A stretch of DNA of 62,540 bases, counting the filler, from the NCBI GenBank assembly GCA_964501035.1. It is 11 parts of 11 records of this genome, joined end to end, with 100 filler letters (N's around TTAATTAATTAA, not from the genome) between each part and the next. Parts side by side here need not be neighbours in the genome. Positions count along the whole stretch, not along the records: positions 52,380 to 57,438 come from CAZCRK010000084.1; positions 57,539 to 62,540 come from CAZCRK010000085.1; 9 more parts are not named here. One strand, given 5' to 3'. Below are positions 54,413-62,540 of this stretch, piece by piece. Under the pieces are notes generated by a model. That model was given only the letters and a program-made list of their open reading frames with translations. It had not been told where the DNA came from and searched no databases. The number at the start of each line of letters is the position of its first letter. Position 1 is the first letter of the stretch. The position numbers were made by a program, and so were the translations under genes.

Positions 54413-54855
54413 TTTTAACCAGAGGCGTTTCATTTTATAACCTGCATTATAGCTTTGTCTTACATTAATAATAAAAATACTGCTGCGGCTGCACCAGACA
54501 TTCTGCCCCCTTCAACAGTAGCTATGACAGTACCATAAGAACCACTGCCTTCACGAACTTTATTTCCGTCAACAGTAGCTATGACATTGCCATAAGAGCC
54601 ACTGCCTTCACGAACTTTTTTTCCATCAACAGTAGCGATGACATTACCATAAGAACCACTACCTTTACGAATTTTTTGACCATCAAAAGTCATAATGACA
54701 TTGCCATAAGAACCACTGCCTTTTCTTACTTTTTTACCATCAACGGTTAAGATTACGTTACCATAAGAGCCACTACCTTCACGAATTTTCATCTTTATTC
54801 TCCTTTATTTAACCTAGAGGCGTTTCATTTTATCAATACCATTTTCTTTGTCTTA
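54413..54855. repeat. Pair of ~50-bp imperfect direct repeats (54413-54462, 54808-54855) flanking the 110-aa gene
   Basis: Shared TTTAACC, AGAGGCGTTTCATTTTAT (18 bp exact) and CTTTGTCTTA (10 bp exact). Confidence 0.85.
54460..54792 (-). CDS. 110-aa protein of five 19-aa repeats plus a hydrophobic C-terminal helix (5-fold beta-flower-like)
   Basis: K(I/V)R(E/K)GSGSYGNVIxT(V/F)DG x5 (57-bp period); AAGGAG RBS; tail GAAAAVFLLLM. Confidence 0.8.
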   Translation of the reverse strand: MKIREGSGSYGNVILTVDGKKVRKGSGSYGNVIMTFDGQKIRKGSGSYGNVIATVDGKKVREGSGSYGNVIATVDGNKVREGSGSYGTVIATVEGGRMSGAAAAVFLLLM

Positions 54856-54861
54856 ACACGC

Positions 54862-55470
54862 TCACCAGCCAGTATAGTCATATTTTCCAATAACATCTGA
54901 TAGCCCTCTTAAATCAAATATAGCAATAATGGGACTGTCACCGTATGGTGTTACTTTAAATACTGCCTTTTCTGCTGCTTTTAACTTTGAAATAAATTCT
55001 ATATTGTTTTTTGGATAGAATGTAGCCTTACTATCCGTTGACATTGACCATTTTGAAGTGAATGCTTTTTCACTTCCAATTCGCATTAAAACCATTGCTT
55101 CGCTTCCAAGATAATCGTCCCAATTAATAAAAACTTGTGACTTGCCACTTTGGTAGCGAAGAAACAATGTAATGGGTTTGCCCCAAGTACTTTTACCGCT
55201 TTCTGATCTAAGAATTGCATAAAATGTTTTCGTATCATCTATGGGGTTAATTTCTTCATTTACTATCCAGCCATACGTTTCATCCCAATTTTTATCGTTT
55301 GAATCCTCCTCGCTTGAATTAAAGTTTTTTGCTAATTCGTCGTAGCAAACTAATCTTGCTAAATCACTTTTTAATTCGGCACATTCACCAAGTTTTGATG
55401 TTAGGTTTGAATCATCCTGAGAAAACCCAATATGAAAAATGGAAAAAATAATCATCATCAATTTTCTCAT
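54862..55470 (-). CDS. Secreted protein, TagO/VasI (type VI secretion-associated family)-like
   Basis: Signal peptide; CAELKSDLARLVCYD; W.V.E.INPIDD; W..STD..ATF; TPYG.SPI.A.FDL.GL. Confidence 0.7.
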   Translation of the reverse strand: MRKLMMIIFSIFHIGFSQDDSNLTSKLGECAELKSDLARLVCYDELAKNFNSSEEDSNDKNWDETYGWIVNEEINPIDDTKTFYAILRSESGKSTWGKPITLFLRYQSGKSQVFINWDDYLGSEAMVLMRIGSEKAFTSKWSMSTDSKATFYPKNNIEFISKLKAAEKAVFKVTPYGDSPIIAIFDLRGLSDVIGKYDYTGW

Positions 55471-55865
55471 AATGAACTCCTAATGTGAATGAATAAAGGA
55501 TGTGAAATATTTTGGATGCACTGCCCCTGACAGGGAATTTCTTCTCTGTGAATCCGAGGAGAACTATATGTGAATGTATATTCCATAAGCATCGACCAAA
55601 TCTTTTTAGTATATGCTCTGCTAATTGATTTTAATTCAGATGGTTAGCTTAATGCAATAAAAAGGATGGGACTATCTGCTTAAAGGCGATATGTAAAAAA
55701 GTGTGAGCCTCTACTGGGTATGCACCCCTGTACCGATATAAAGTACCTAATCATGGATGCGGGGGTCTATACTGCAACTAAATAGATCCTACTAAACCAA
55801 ATTGGAATCGACTTAACCGGAAATAATAAACCCCCAATTCTCGAATAAAAATGAGGGTTTATGGA

Positions 55866-55884
55866 TAGTAGCGGGGGAAGGATT
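55866..55884 (-). other. tRNA-fMet 3'-end fragment, copy 2 (att-like)
   Basis: AATCCTTCCCCCGCTACTA followed by hairpin 55826-55862. Confidence 0.65.
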
Positions 55885-55916
55885 GCCTCATCCCTAAGGG
55901 GATTTCACCGGTCTAC

Positions 55917-55935
55917 GTCCCGATGCTATCGGGAC
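55917..55935. repeat. REP-like palindrome GTCCCGAT-GCT-ATCGGGAC
   Basis: 8-bp perfect arms lying between the two tRNA fragments. Confidence 0.65.
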
Positions 55936-55977
55936 TCCGGCTTGAACTCGGTTCTCATCCATTAACCCCATAAATCA

Positions 55978-56003
55978 AAAATGGCCTCTTTCGAGACCAT
56001 TTT
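55978..56003 (-). terminator. Rho-independent terminator after tRNA fragment copy 1
   Basis: AAAATGGTCTC-GAAA-GAGGCCATTTT followed by T-rich tail. Confidence 0.8.
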
Positions 56004-56008
56004 CGCTT

Positions 56009-56028
56009 TAGTAGCGGGGGACGGATTT
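56009..56028 (-). other. tRNA-fMet 3'-end fragment, copy 1 (att-like)
   Basis: AAATCCGTCCCCCGCTACTA begins 3 nt after the SPFH stop. Confidence 0.7.
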
Positions 56029-56031
56029 GCA

Positions 56032-57024
56032 CTATTTTTTACCTACCCCTGAAAGCATATCTTTAATTCCACCAATTGAACTCAATACACCTGTCGCTTC
56101 GTATGGTAAATACACAACTTTATTATTTTGACCTGAAACCATTTCTCTTAATGTTTCTATATAACGAACGGCAATCAGATAATTTGCAGGGTCACCTTTT
56201 GTAGCTGAAATTGCTTCTGTTATTCTATCAATTGCTTCTTTTTCGGCAGTTGCTACTTTAATCCGTGCTTCTGCTTCTCCTTCTGCAATTAAAATTGCCG
56301 CTTTTTTCTCACCTTCTGCTTTGTTTATTTCAGATTCCTTAACTCCTTCGGCTTCCAGAATAGCTGATTTTTTCTTTCCTTCTGCTTCCAAAATTGCTGC
56401 ACGCCGATCCCGTTCAGCACGCATTTGCTGTTCCATCGCTTTTTGTATTTCAGGCGGAGGGGTTATATCCTGAAGTTCTACGCGATTCACTTTTACGCCC
56501 CATTTGTCCGTGGCTTCGTCAAGTATACCACGGAGTTTCGTATTGATGACATCACGAGATACAAGACATTCATCTAAATCCAATTCACCAATTACATTAC
56601 GAAGAGTAGTTTGTGTCAATTTTTCAATTGCATTAGGGAGATTTGCAATTTCATATGTTGATTTAACCGGATCAGTAATTTGGAAATATAGCATTGCATC
56701 AATTTCAATTGTTACATTATCCTTTGTGATCACATTTTGCCTTGGGAAATCAAATACTTGTTCACGGAGATCAATTTTATTTGTCATTTTTTGAGTCACG
56801 ATATCTGCACCAGCTATATCTGTTGTCCTGTATCGCCAAAAAATGCTTCTGGACTTATCAAAAATGGGGATGATGATGTTTATCCCGCTTTCAAGAGTTC
56901 GGTTATATTTACCCAATCTTTCAATTACCATTGTTTCGGCTTGTTGAATGATTTTAAATCCACTCGCTACAAAAATAATTACAAAAAGTGTAGCGACAAT
57001 AATAATGACTAACATTGCATCCAT
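56032..57024 (-). CDS. SPFH/band 7 (stomatin/QmcA-like) protein
   Basis: IERLGKY, VITKDNV, TTLRNVIG, QMRAERDRRA. Confidence 0.95.
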   Translation of the reverse strand: MDAMLVIIIVATLFVIIFVASGFKIIQQAETMVIERLGKYNRTLESGINIIIPIFDKSRSIFWRYRTTDIAGADIVTQKMTNKIDLREQVFDFPRQNVITKDNVTIEIDAMLYFQITDPVKSTYEIANLPNAIEKLTQTTLRNVIGELDLDECLVSRDVINTKLRGILDEATDKWGVKVNRVELQDITPPPEIQKAMEQQMRAERDRRAAILEAEGKKKSAILEAEGVKESEINKAEGEKKAAILIAEGEAEARIKVATAEKEAIDRITEAISATKGDPANYLIAVRYIETLREMVSGQNNKVVYLPYEATGVLSSIGGIKDMLSGVGKK

Positions 57025-57025
57025 T

Positions 57026-57438
57026 TTATGCTCCTTTATTTTCTGTTGAGGAAACGAATAGGGTAGATCCTTCTACCTTGTTTACTTTGATTAAATCACC
57101 TGTTTCAAATAATTCATCATTTTCCGAACGTGCTCGCCAACTTTCGCTACCTATTTGCACCCTACCTGTATTTTCAGAATTATTTATATTTTCGGTTACT
57201 TTATAATTATTGCCGATGAAAGCATTTACACCTGTTTCTCGTTGATCATCTAATTTGTGAAAATACTTATTATAAAATGGTCGAATTCCGAAGAAGACAA
57301 CCATACTGACGACTGAAAAAGCGAATAACTGAACTTTAAACTCATAGTCCCAATAGGCAAAAAGGCTTCCGCCAAAAGCACCAATCCCAAAACTCGCTAA
57401 AAGAAAGCCAGGTGTAAATATTTCAGCTATCATTAAAA
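57026..57438 (-). CDS. NfeD family protein, 5' truncated
   Basis: AEIFTPGF.L, GRVQIGSESWRA, VEGSTL.V; paired with SPFH. Confidence 0.9.
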
Positions 57439-57538
57439 NNNNNNNNNNNNNNNNNNNNNNNNNNNNNNNNNNNNNNNNNNNNTTAATTAATTAANNNNNN
57501 NNNNNNNNNNNNNNNNNNNNNNNNNNNNNNNNNNNNNN

Positions 57539-58891
57539 GAAACGATTGCAAATGCAATTGAAATTGAACCGGGTTCGTCCACTAATTATTATCGATTTAT
57601 TACTCATTTTGATAAAGTAAATAAGCTCATTTCAACGTTGCGAGAAACGCCTGAAAATGAATGGACTGCTACCGATTCTTCACTTAGCATCTTGTTGCAA
57701 CGGTTAAACTACATAAATGCAGATAGATTTTCTCAATCTGTAAAATTAATTCCAGAGATGACTTTAACGGATACAGAAGAATGGCTTTCTTTATGGGAAT
57801 TGATGGACGGGCGCATGTTATCAGATTCCCAAAAAAAATTAATTGAGTCACTTGAACAGTATATTTCTGCCCGTTTAGATAATAATACCCTTGCAATGCA
57901 ATTAGCTCTCAACAATTATCAATCAACAATTGTTGATTTACCTCATGCAATTCCTGAAAAAGAAATATTACAAAAAGAAGTATGGAATAATGAAGCAAAC
58001 CTGTTTTACAACAGTTTGGCATTCTATTTATTAGCATTTATCATATTGGCTATTAGTTGGTTAACCAAGCCAGTTTTGTTACGTAAAATTGCATTTGGTT
58101 CATTAGTTATTGGGCTTCTACTTCAAACGTATGGATTATATCTACGTATGATTATTATGGGTCGTCCACCCGTATCAACACTGTATGAAACCATTGTTTT
58201 TGTAGGTTTTATCGGAGTTATTTGTGCTGTGATGATTGAATACTATAGAAAAGATGGCTTGGGGATTTTTGTTGGAGTTGTTGTTGGATCAATTTTTCAC
58301 TATGTATCTTTTGGGTATGCAGCTGATGGAGATACGCTTGGAATGTTGGTTGCAGTATTGGATTCAAATTTTTGGCTTGCAACACATGTTACTACAATAA
58401 CAATTGGATATGGAGCTTCGATTGTTGCTGGTCTAATGGGACATATATATTTGGTACTAGCAATTGCTAAATCTGAAAATACAACTAAACTGAAAGAAAT
58501 TTACAACAATACGTTTGGAATCACCATATTAGCTCTTTTCTTTACTCTGTTCGGTACAATCCTCGGTGGTATTTGGGCAGACCAATCGTGGGGTCGTTTT
58601 TGGGGATGGGATCCCAAAGAAAATGGTGCTTTGTTAATCTGTATGTGGCAATTACTTATGATTCATATGCGGTTAACAGGGTTGGTTAGGGCACCTGGTT
58701 TTGCATTAGGCATGGTATTAAATAATATTGTAGTAGTTATTGCCTGGTTTGGAGTCAACCTTCTTAATGTTGGGCTTCATAGTTACGGTTTTGCTAGTGG
58801 AGTTGCAATGAATTTAACCATCTTTATTACATTTGAAATTGTAACCGGCTTCGCAACCTATTATTGGGCAAAATCTAAATTACGTTTTTAA
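57539..58891 (+). CDS. ccsA: Cytochrome c biogenesis protein CcsA/ResC-like (system II), 5' truncated
   Basis: GRPPVSTLYE, WLATHV, WWD domain GGIWADQSWGRFWGWDPKE, GLHSYGF. Confidence 0.92.
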   Translation, partial: ETIANAIEIEPGSSTNYYRFITHFDKVNKLISTLRETPENEWTATDSSLSILLQRLNYINADRFSQSVKLIPEMTLTDTEEWLSLWELMDGRMLSDSQKKLIESLEQYISARLDNNTLAMQLALNNYQSTIVDLPHAIPEKEILQKEVWNNEANLFYNSLAFYLLAFIILAISWLTKPVLLRKIAFGSLVIGLLLQTYGLYLRMIIMGRPPVSTLYETIVFVGFIGVICAVMIEYYRKDGLGIFVGVVVGSIFHYVSFGYAADGDTLGMLVAVLDSNFWLATHVTTITIGYGASIVAGLMGHIYLVLAIAKSENTTKLKEIYNNTFGITILALFFTLFGTILGGIWADQSWGRFWGWDPKENGALLICMWQLLMIHMRLTGLVRAPGFALGMVLNNIVVVIAWFGVNLLNVGLHSYGFASGVAMNLTIFITFEIVTGFATYYWAKSKLRF

Positions 58892-58991
58892 TTGTTAGGA
58901 TAAAGTAGGTGCACCTACTCAAAAAAATCAATCATTGCTCTAAACCTATAACTTCTGTAATTTCACCCCTTATAATTCATGGAATAAATAT

Positions 58992-60038
58992 ATGACACTA
59001 GATGATTTATTGCGTAAAACGGTAGAATTAGAAGCCAGTGATTTACATATTACAGTTGGAAGTCCACCTCGAATACGTAAAAGTGGGAAATTGCTCTCAG
59101 TTGATTTACCACCACTTACAGCGCAGGAAGCAGAAACTCTTATTTTTTCGCAAATGAAAAAGTCTATTCAAGACGAACTCAAATCTGGACATGAAGTTGA
59201 TTACTCTGTTGGTATTCCTGGATTAAGTCGTTTTAGAGTGAATGCATATTATCAACGGGGTGTTTTGGCATCTGCATATAGAAGATTGCCTTATGAAGTT
59301 CCAGAAATAGACACATTAGGGTTACCAGAATCAGTTGTGAATTTAACGGATCACCGTAAAGGTCTTGTGCTTGTTACAGGAGCAACCGGAAGCGGAAAAT
59401 CAACTACACTGGCAGCCATGGTCAAGCAAATTGCCTCGGAAGTTGAAGGGCATATTATAACAATTGAAGACCCCATTGAGTATTTATATCAACATGATTC
59501 TGCTTTAATAAATCAGAGGGAAGTGGGGTTAGATACAGACTCCTTTGCATCAGGTTTACGTTCTGCTTTGCGACAAGATCCAGATGTTGTTGTAGTTGGT
59601 GAACTACGTGATATGGAATCAATGCAGGCTGCACTTACTATTGCAGAAACAGGTCATTTGGTTTTAGGCACTTTGCATACCAATACTGCATCAGGAGCAA
59701 TTACTCGATTAGTTGATGCATTTCCACCTAATAAGCAAGATGTAATTCGTATGAATTTATCACTTACCTTACTTGCTGTAGTAACTCAACAGTTGGTTCC
59801 AAATTCCAATGGTGGTCGATCTTTAGCATGTGAAGTTCTTATTGCAACTCCAGCAGTTAAATCTGTAATTCGCGAGAATAATATTCATCAGATTGATAAT
59901 TATATTTTAAGTGGAGCAAAAGATGGAATGATTCGCATGGATGATGCATTAAAACATTTATTCCAAGATGGACAGATATCACGCGATGATGCATTACATT
60001 TTGCAATTAACCCCAATCAACTAGACGAACATATTTAA
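58992..60038 (+). CDS. pilT: Type IV pilus retraction ATPase PilT
   Basis: ASDLH, GATGSGKSTT, TIEDPIEY, ALRQDPDV, AETGHLV.GTLHT, AVKSVIRE. Confidence 0.93.
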   Translation: MTLDDLLRKTVELEASDLHITVGSPPRIRKSGKLLSVDLPPLTAQEAETLIFSQMKKSIQDELKSGHEVDYSVGIPGLSRFRVNAYYQRGVLASAYRRLPYEVPEIDTLGLPESVVNLTDHRKGLVLVTGATGSGKSTTLAAMVKQIASEVEGHIITIEDPIEYLYQHDSALINQREVGLDTDSFASGLRSALRQDPDVVVVGELRDMESMQAALTIAETGHLVLGTLHTNTASGAITRLVDAFPPNKQDVIRMNLSLTLLAVVTQQLVPNSNGGRSLACEVLIATPAVKSVIRENNIHQIDNYILSGAKDGMIRMDDALKHLFQDGQISRDDALHFAINPNQLDEHI

Positions 60039-60053
60039 CTTTAAGGATAGAAT

Positions 60054-62131
60054 TTGACTGCACTCCAATTAGTTCGCACCATTTTCATCGGTGTCATCAC
60101 AATAATTGTAATATATTTGATGAATACAAAACTTGACAGTATTCCACCACTCGGGAAATTTTTAGACCCATTTCATGGTTATTTAGCATTAGTGGGAAGC
60201 GACACACTCCCAACCAAATTTCCAATGTTTGATGAGTTACAATCGCCAGTTGATGTTGTCTGGGATGAATATAGAATTCCACATATTTTTGCAGAAAATG
60301 ATAACGATTTATATTTTGTACAGGGATATGTCATGGCAATGGATAGATTATGGCAGATGGAATTTCAAACCCATGCTGCAGGTGGAAGAATGTCAGAAAT
60401 TGTGGGCGAAAAGGCCATAAAGTTTGATAAGTTTCAACGACGAATTGGAATGCGTAGCTCTGCACAAGCTCAACTTGATTTAGCGATGCAAGATTCTGAA
60501 ATCACTATGATGACAACATCTTTCTCAAATGGTGTAAATGCATATATTGAATCTTTAGACGCTGATAATTATCCCATTGAATATAAAATTTTAGATTATG
60601 CACCCGAAGTATGGACACCCCTTAAAACATGTTTGCTTTTGAAGAGTATGGCNNNNNNNNNNNNNNNNNNNNNNNNNNNNNNNNNNNNNNNNNNNNNNNN
60701 NNNNNNNNNNNNNNNNNNNNNNNNNNNNNNNNNNNNNNNNNNNNNNNNNNNNATGAGAGTAAATCAGAATATTTGTTTGATGGAGAATGGATTCAAACTA
60801 CATCTATGATTGAAGAAATTAAAGTACGTGATGAGGAAACTATTTACGATACGGTAATATATACCCATCATGGTCCAGTAGTTTGGGAAGAAATAGATCA
60901 AACATTGGCTATGGGAAAATATAGTTTAAAAAATAATGTTTGTCAAACATCCATTGGTCGAGCATTGCGTTGGTTAGCCCATACACCTGCAAATGAAATG
61001 CGTACATTTTACGAGTTAAATAGAGCAAAAGATTATAATGATTTTACTAAAGCCCTTCGTCACTTTACATGCCCAGGGCAAAATTTTGTGTATGCGGATA
61101 TTAAAGGCAATATTGCGATTTGGCACACAGGTAATAATCCTGCAAAATGGGAAAAACAGGGTATGTTTATTAGTGATGGGACCAATTCAAAATACGATTG
61201 GCAAGCCACTATTCCACATGAGCAAAAACCCCATATTAAAAACCCAGACAGAGGGTTTGTGAGTTCTGCAAATCAACATCCTACGGATGAAAACTATCCT
61301 TACTTTTTAGCAGAATTCTTTTGGCCATCATTTAGAGGACATCGCATCAATGAACGGTTGAGTGAGATGCAAAGTGGAAATATATTTGAAGTCCTTTCAG
61401 TTCAGATGGATAATACAAACATTATGGCAAGGCGAGTAACTCCACATCTTATTGAATCTCTTTCAAATTTTGAGTTAAATGATGCTGAAACAAATGTGTT
61501 AAAACATATAACAACTTGGGATTACAGCTTTGATCATAGCTCTATTGGTGCAACTATTTTCCAGCAATGGTTTGATGCTTTAGAAGTATTGGTTTGGAAA
61601 GATAATTTTGGCCTAGATGATGAACAATATATTTGGCCATATTCCAATAAACTTGCTGAACTTATTCAGTTTGAACCAAATTCTAAATGGTTTGATATTG
61701 ATACAACCGATGCAATTGAATCCTTTAGTGATTTGTCTCAATTAGCATTTACTCAAGCAGTGCAAGAATTAACAAACAAGTTTGGGGAGATTGATGATTC
61801 ATGGCAATGGCAGTATGCTCGAGGAACTGATATTCGCCATCTTGCTAAAATTCCTGGTTTTGGAGACATTGGAGTTCCTACTGCAGGGGGTTCATTGGTA
61901 CCTAATGCTACAGGAAAATACTTTGGTCCATCATGGCGATATGCTGTTGAAATGACCGAAACCCCCAAAGCATACGGAATTTATCCAGGGGGACAATCGG
62001 GATACCCAGGAAGTAAGTATTATGATAATATGGTTGATGATTGGAGTATCGGAAAATCGTACCCACTCATTTTTAGTAATTCTGCATCTGATATTCAAGG
62101 TCATATAAGTCGATTTGGAGGAAATAAGTGA
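60054..62131 (+). CDS. Penicillin acylase family Ntn-hydrolase (S45), spanning an N gap
   Basis: IPHIFA, QGYVMAMDRLWQM; THHGPV, QNFVYAD, SANQ, GPSWR, YPGGQSG. The catalytic Ser region falls in the gap. Confidence 0.92.
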
Positions 62132-62451
62132 AATACGGAATTATAGGTTTAATTTTATTTGGAGTGGCTCTATTATGTCCATGGTGGACACTTGGTATTG
62201 TGATGTTCGTTGTTGGATATCAAAGCAAAACCAATCAAGAAGCAATGATTGTAGGAATTTCACTTCCTCCCCTCATTTGGTTAATTATGTTTGGTATTAG
62301 ATATGTGTCAGGAGGAGAGTTAATACTACAACGAGTTGCGGATATGTTCAATTTACACTCGGCTATTTGGCTAGTTTTAGCTAGCTTAATTGTACCAGCA
62401 CTAACCGGTTTTTTAAGTACTTTGTTTGGATATCAGTTGCGAAAATTATAA
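62128..62451 (+). CDS. Hypothetical membrane protein
   Basis: Hydrophobic 107-aa ORF overlapping the acylase stop (GTGA). Confidence 0.7.
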   Translation: MKYGIIGLILFGVALLCPWWTLGIVMFVVGYQSKTNQEAMIVGISLPPLIWLIMFGIRYVSGGELILQRVADMFNLHSAIWLVLASLIVPALTGFLSTLFGYQLRKL

Positions 62452-62463
62452 AAGGGAATTATT

Positions 62464-62540
62464 ATGAAAAAATGGTCCGGATGGCGACCTGAATACGCAA
62501 ATGAAAAATATGATGTTATTATTATAGGCTCTGGAATGAG
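62464..62540 (+). CDS. FAD-dependent oxidoreductase, N-terminal fragment
   Basis: MKKWSGWRPEYANEKYDVIIIGSGM Rossmann start; runs off the window. Confidence 0.7.
   Translation, partial: MKKWSGWRPEYANEKYDVIIIGSGM

Noticed and set aside
54480..54790. 57-bp periodic repeats as a CRISPR array
   Set aside because: Period is a multiple of 3, variation is largely synonymous, there are no unique spacers and no cas genes; it is a coding repeat.
55590..55820. Possible ncRNA or pseudogene in the long intergenic region
   Set aside because: No convincing ORF, structure or family motif could be established by eye.

Overview
This window is not contiguous genome. It consists of 11 short scaffolds (about 6.2 to 5.0 kb, in descending length) joined by artificial N-TTAATTAATTAA-N linkers, so adjacency across linkers is meaningless. 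Most scaffolds look like a low-GC marine bacterium of the FCB group, probably Marinimicrobia/Marinisomatota (SAR406) (inference from gene content). They carry tuf-rpmG-tRNA-Trp-secE-nusG-rplKAJL-rpoB, parB-M23-bactofilin-atp genes with an identical tandem atpE, hutUI, pdp, lptF, ccsA, pilT, a penicillin acylase and several large acidic Cys-rich or Ig-like secreted proteins. Notable observations: (1) A type II restriction-modification pair sits in an integron-like cassette (GTTGGGC...GCCCAAC plus an attC-like hairpin) whose right crossover coincides with the hutI stop codon. (2) About 1.6 kb of eukaryotic DNA using the ciliate-type code (TAA/TAG=Gln) encodes a globin and a cNMP-binding protein and is fused directly into rpoB, probably an amplification or assembly chimera. 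(3) An accessory locus has tandem tRNA-fMet 3' fragments, a TagO/VasI-like gene, a 5x19-aa repeat (beta-flower-like) gene and a KAP NTPase with a canonical EF-hand loop; each of the three genes is followed by a related ~40-50 bp element. (4) Also present are a tRNA-Ser att remnant, a lipid head-group gene trio, a rearranged sarcosine-oxidase-like cluster and a RAYT transposase with a REP hairpin.
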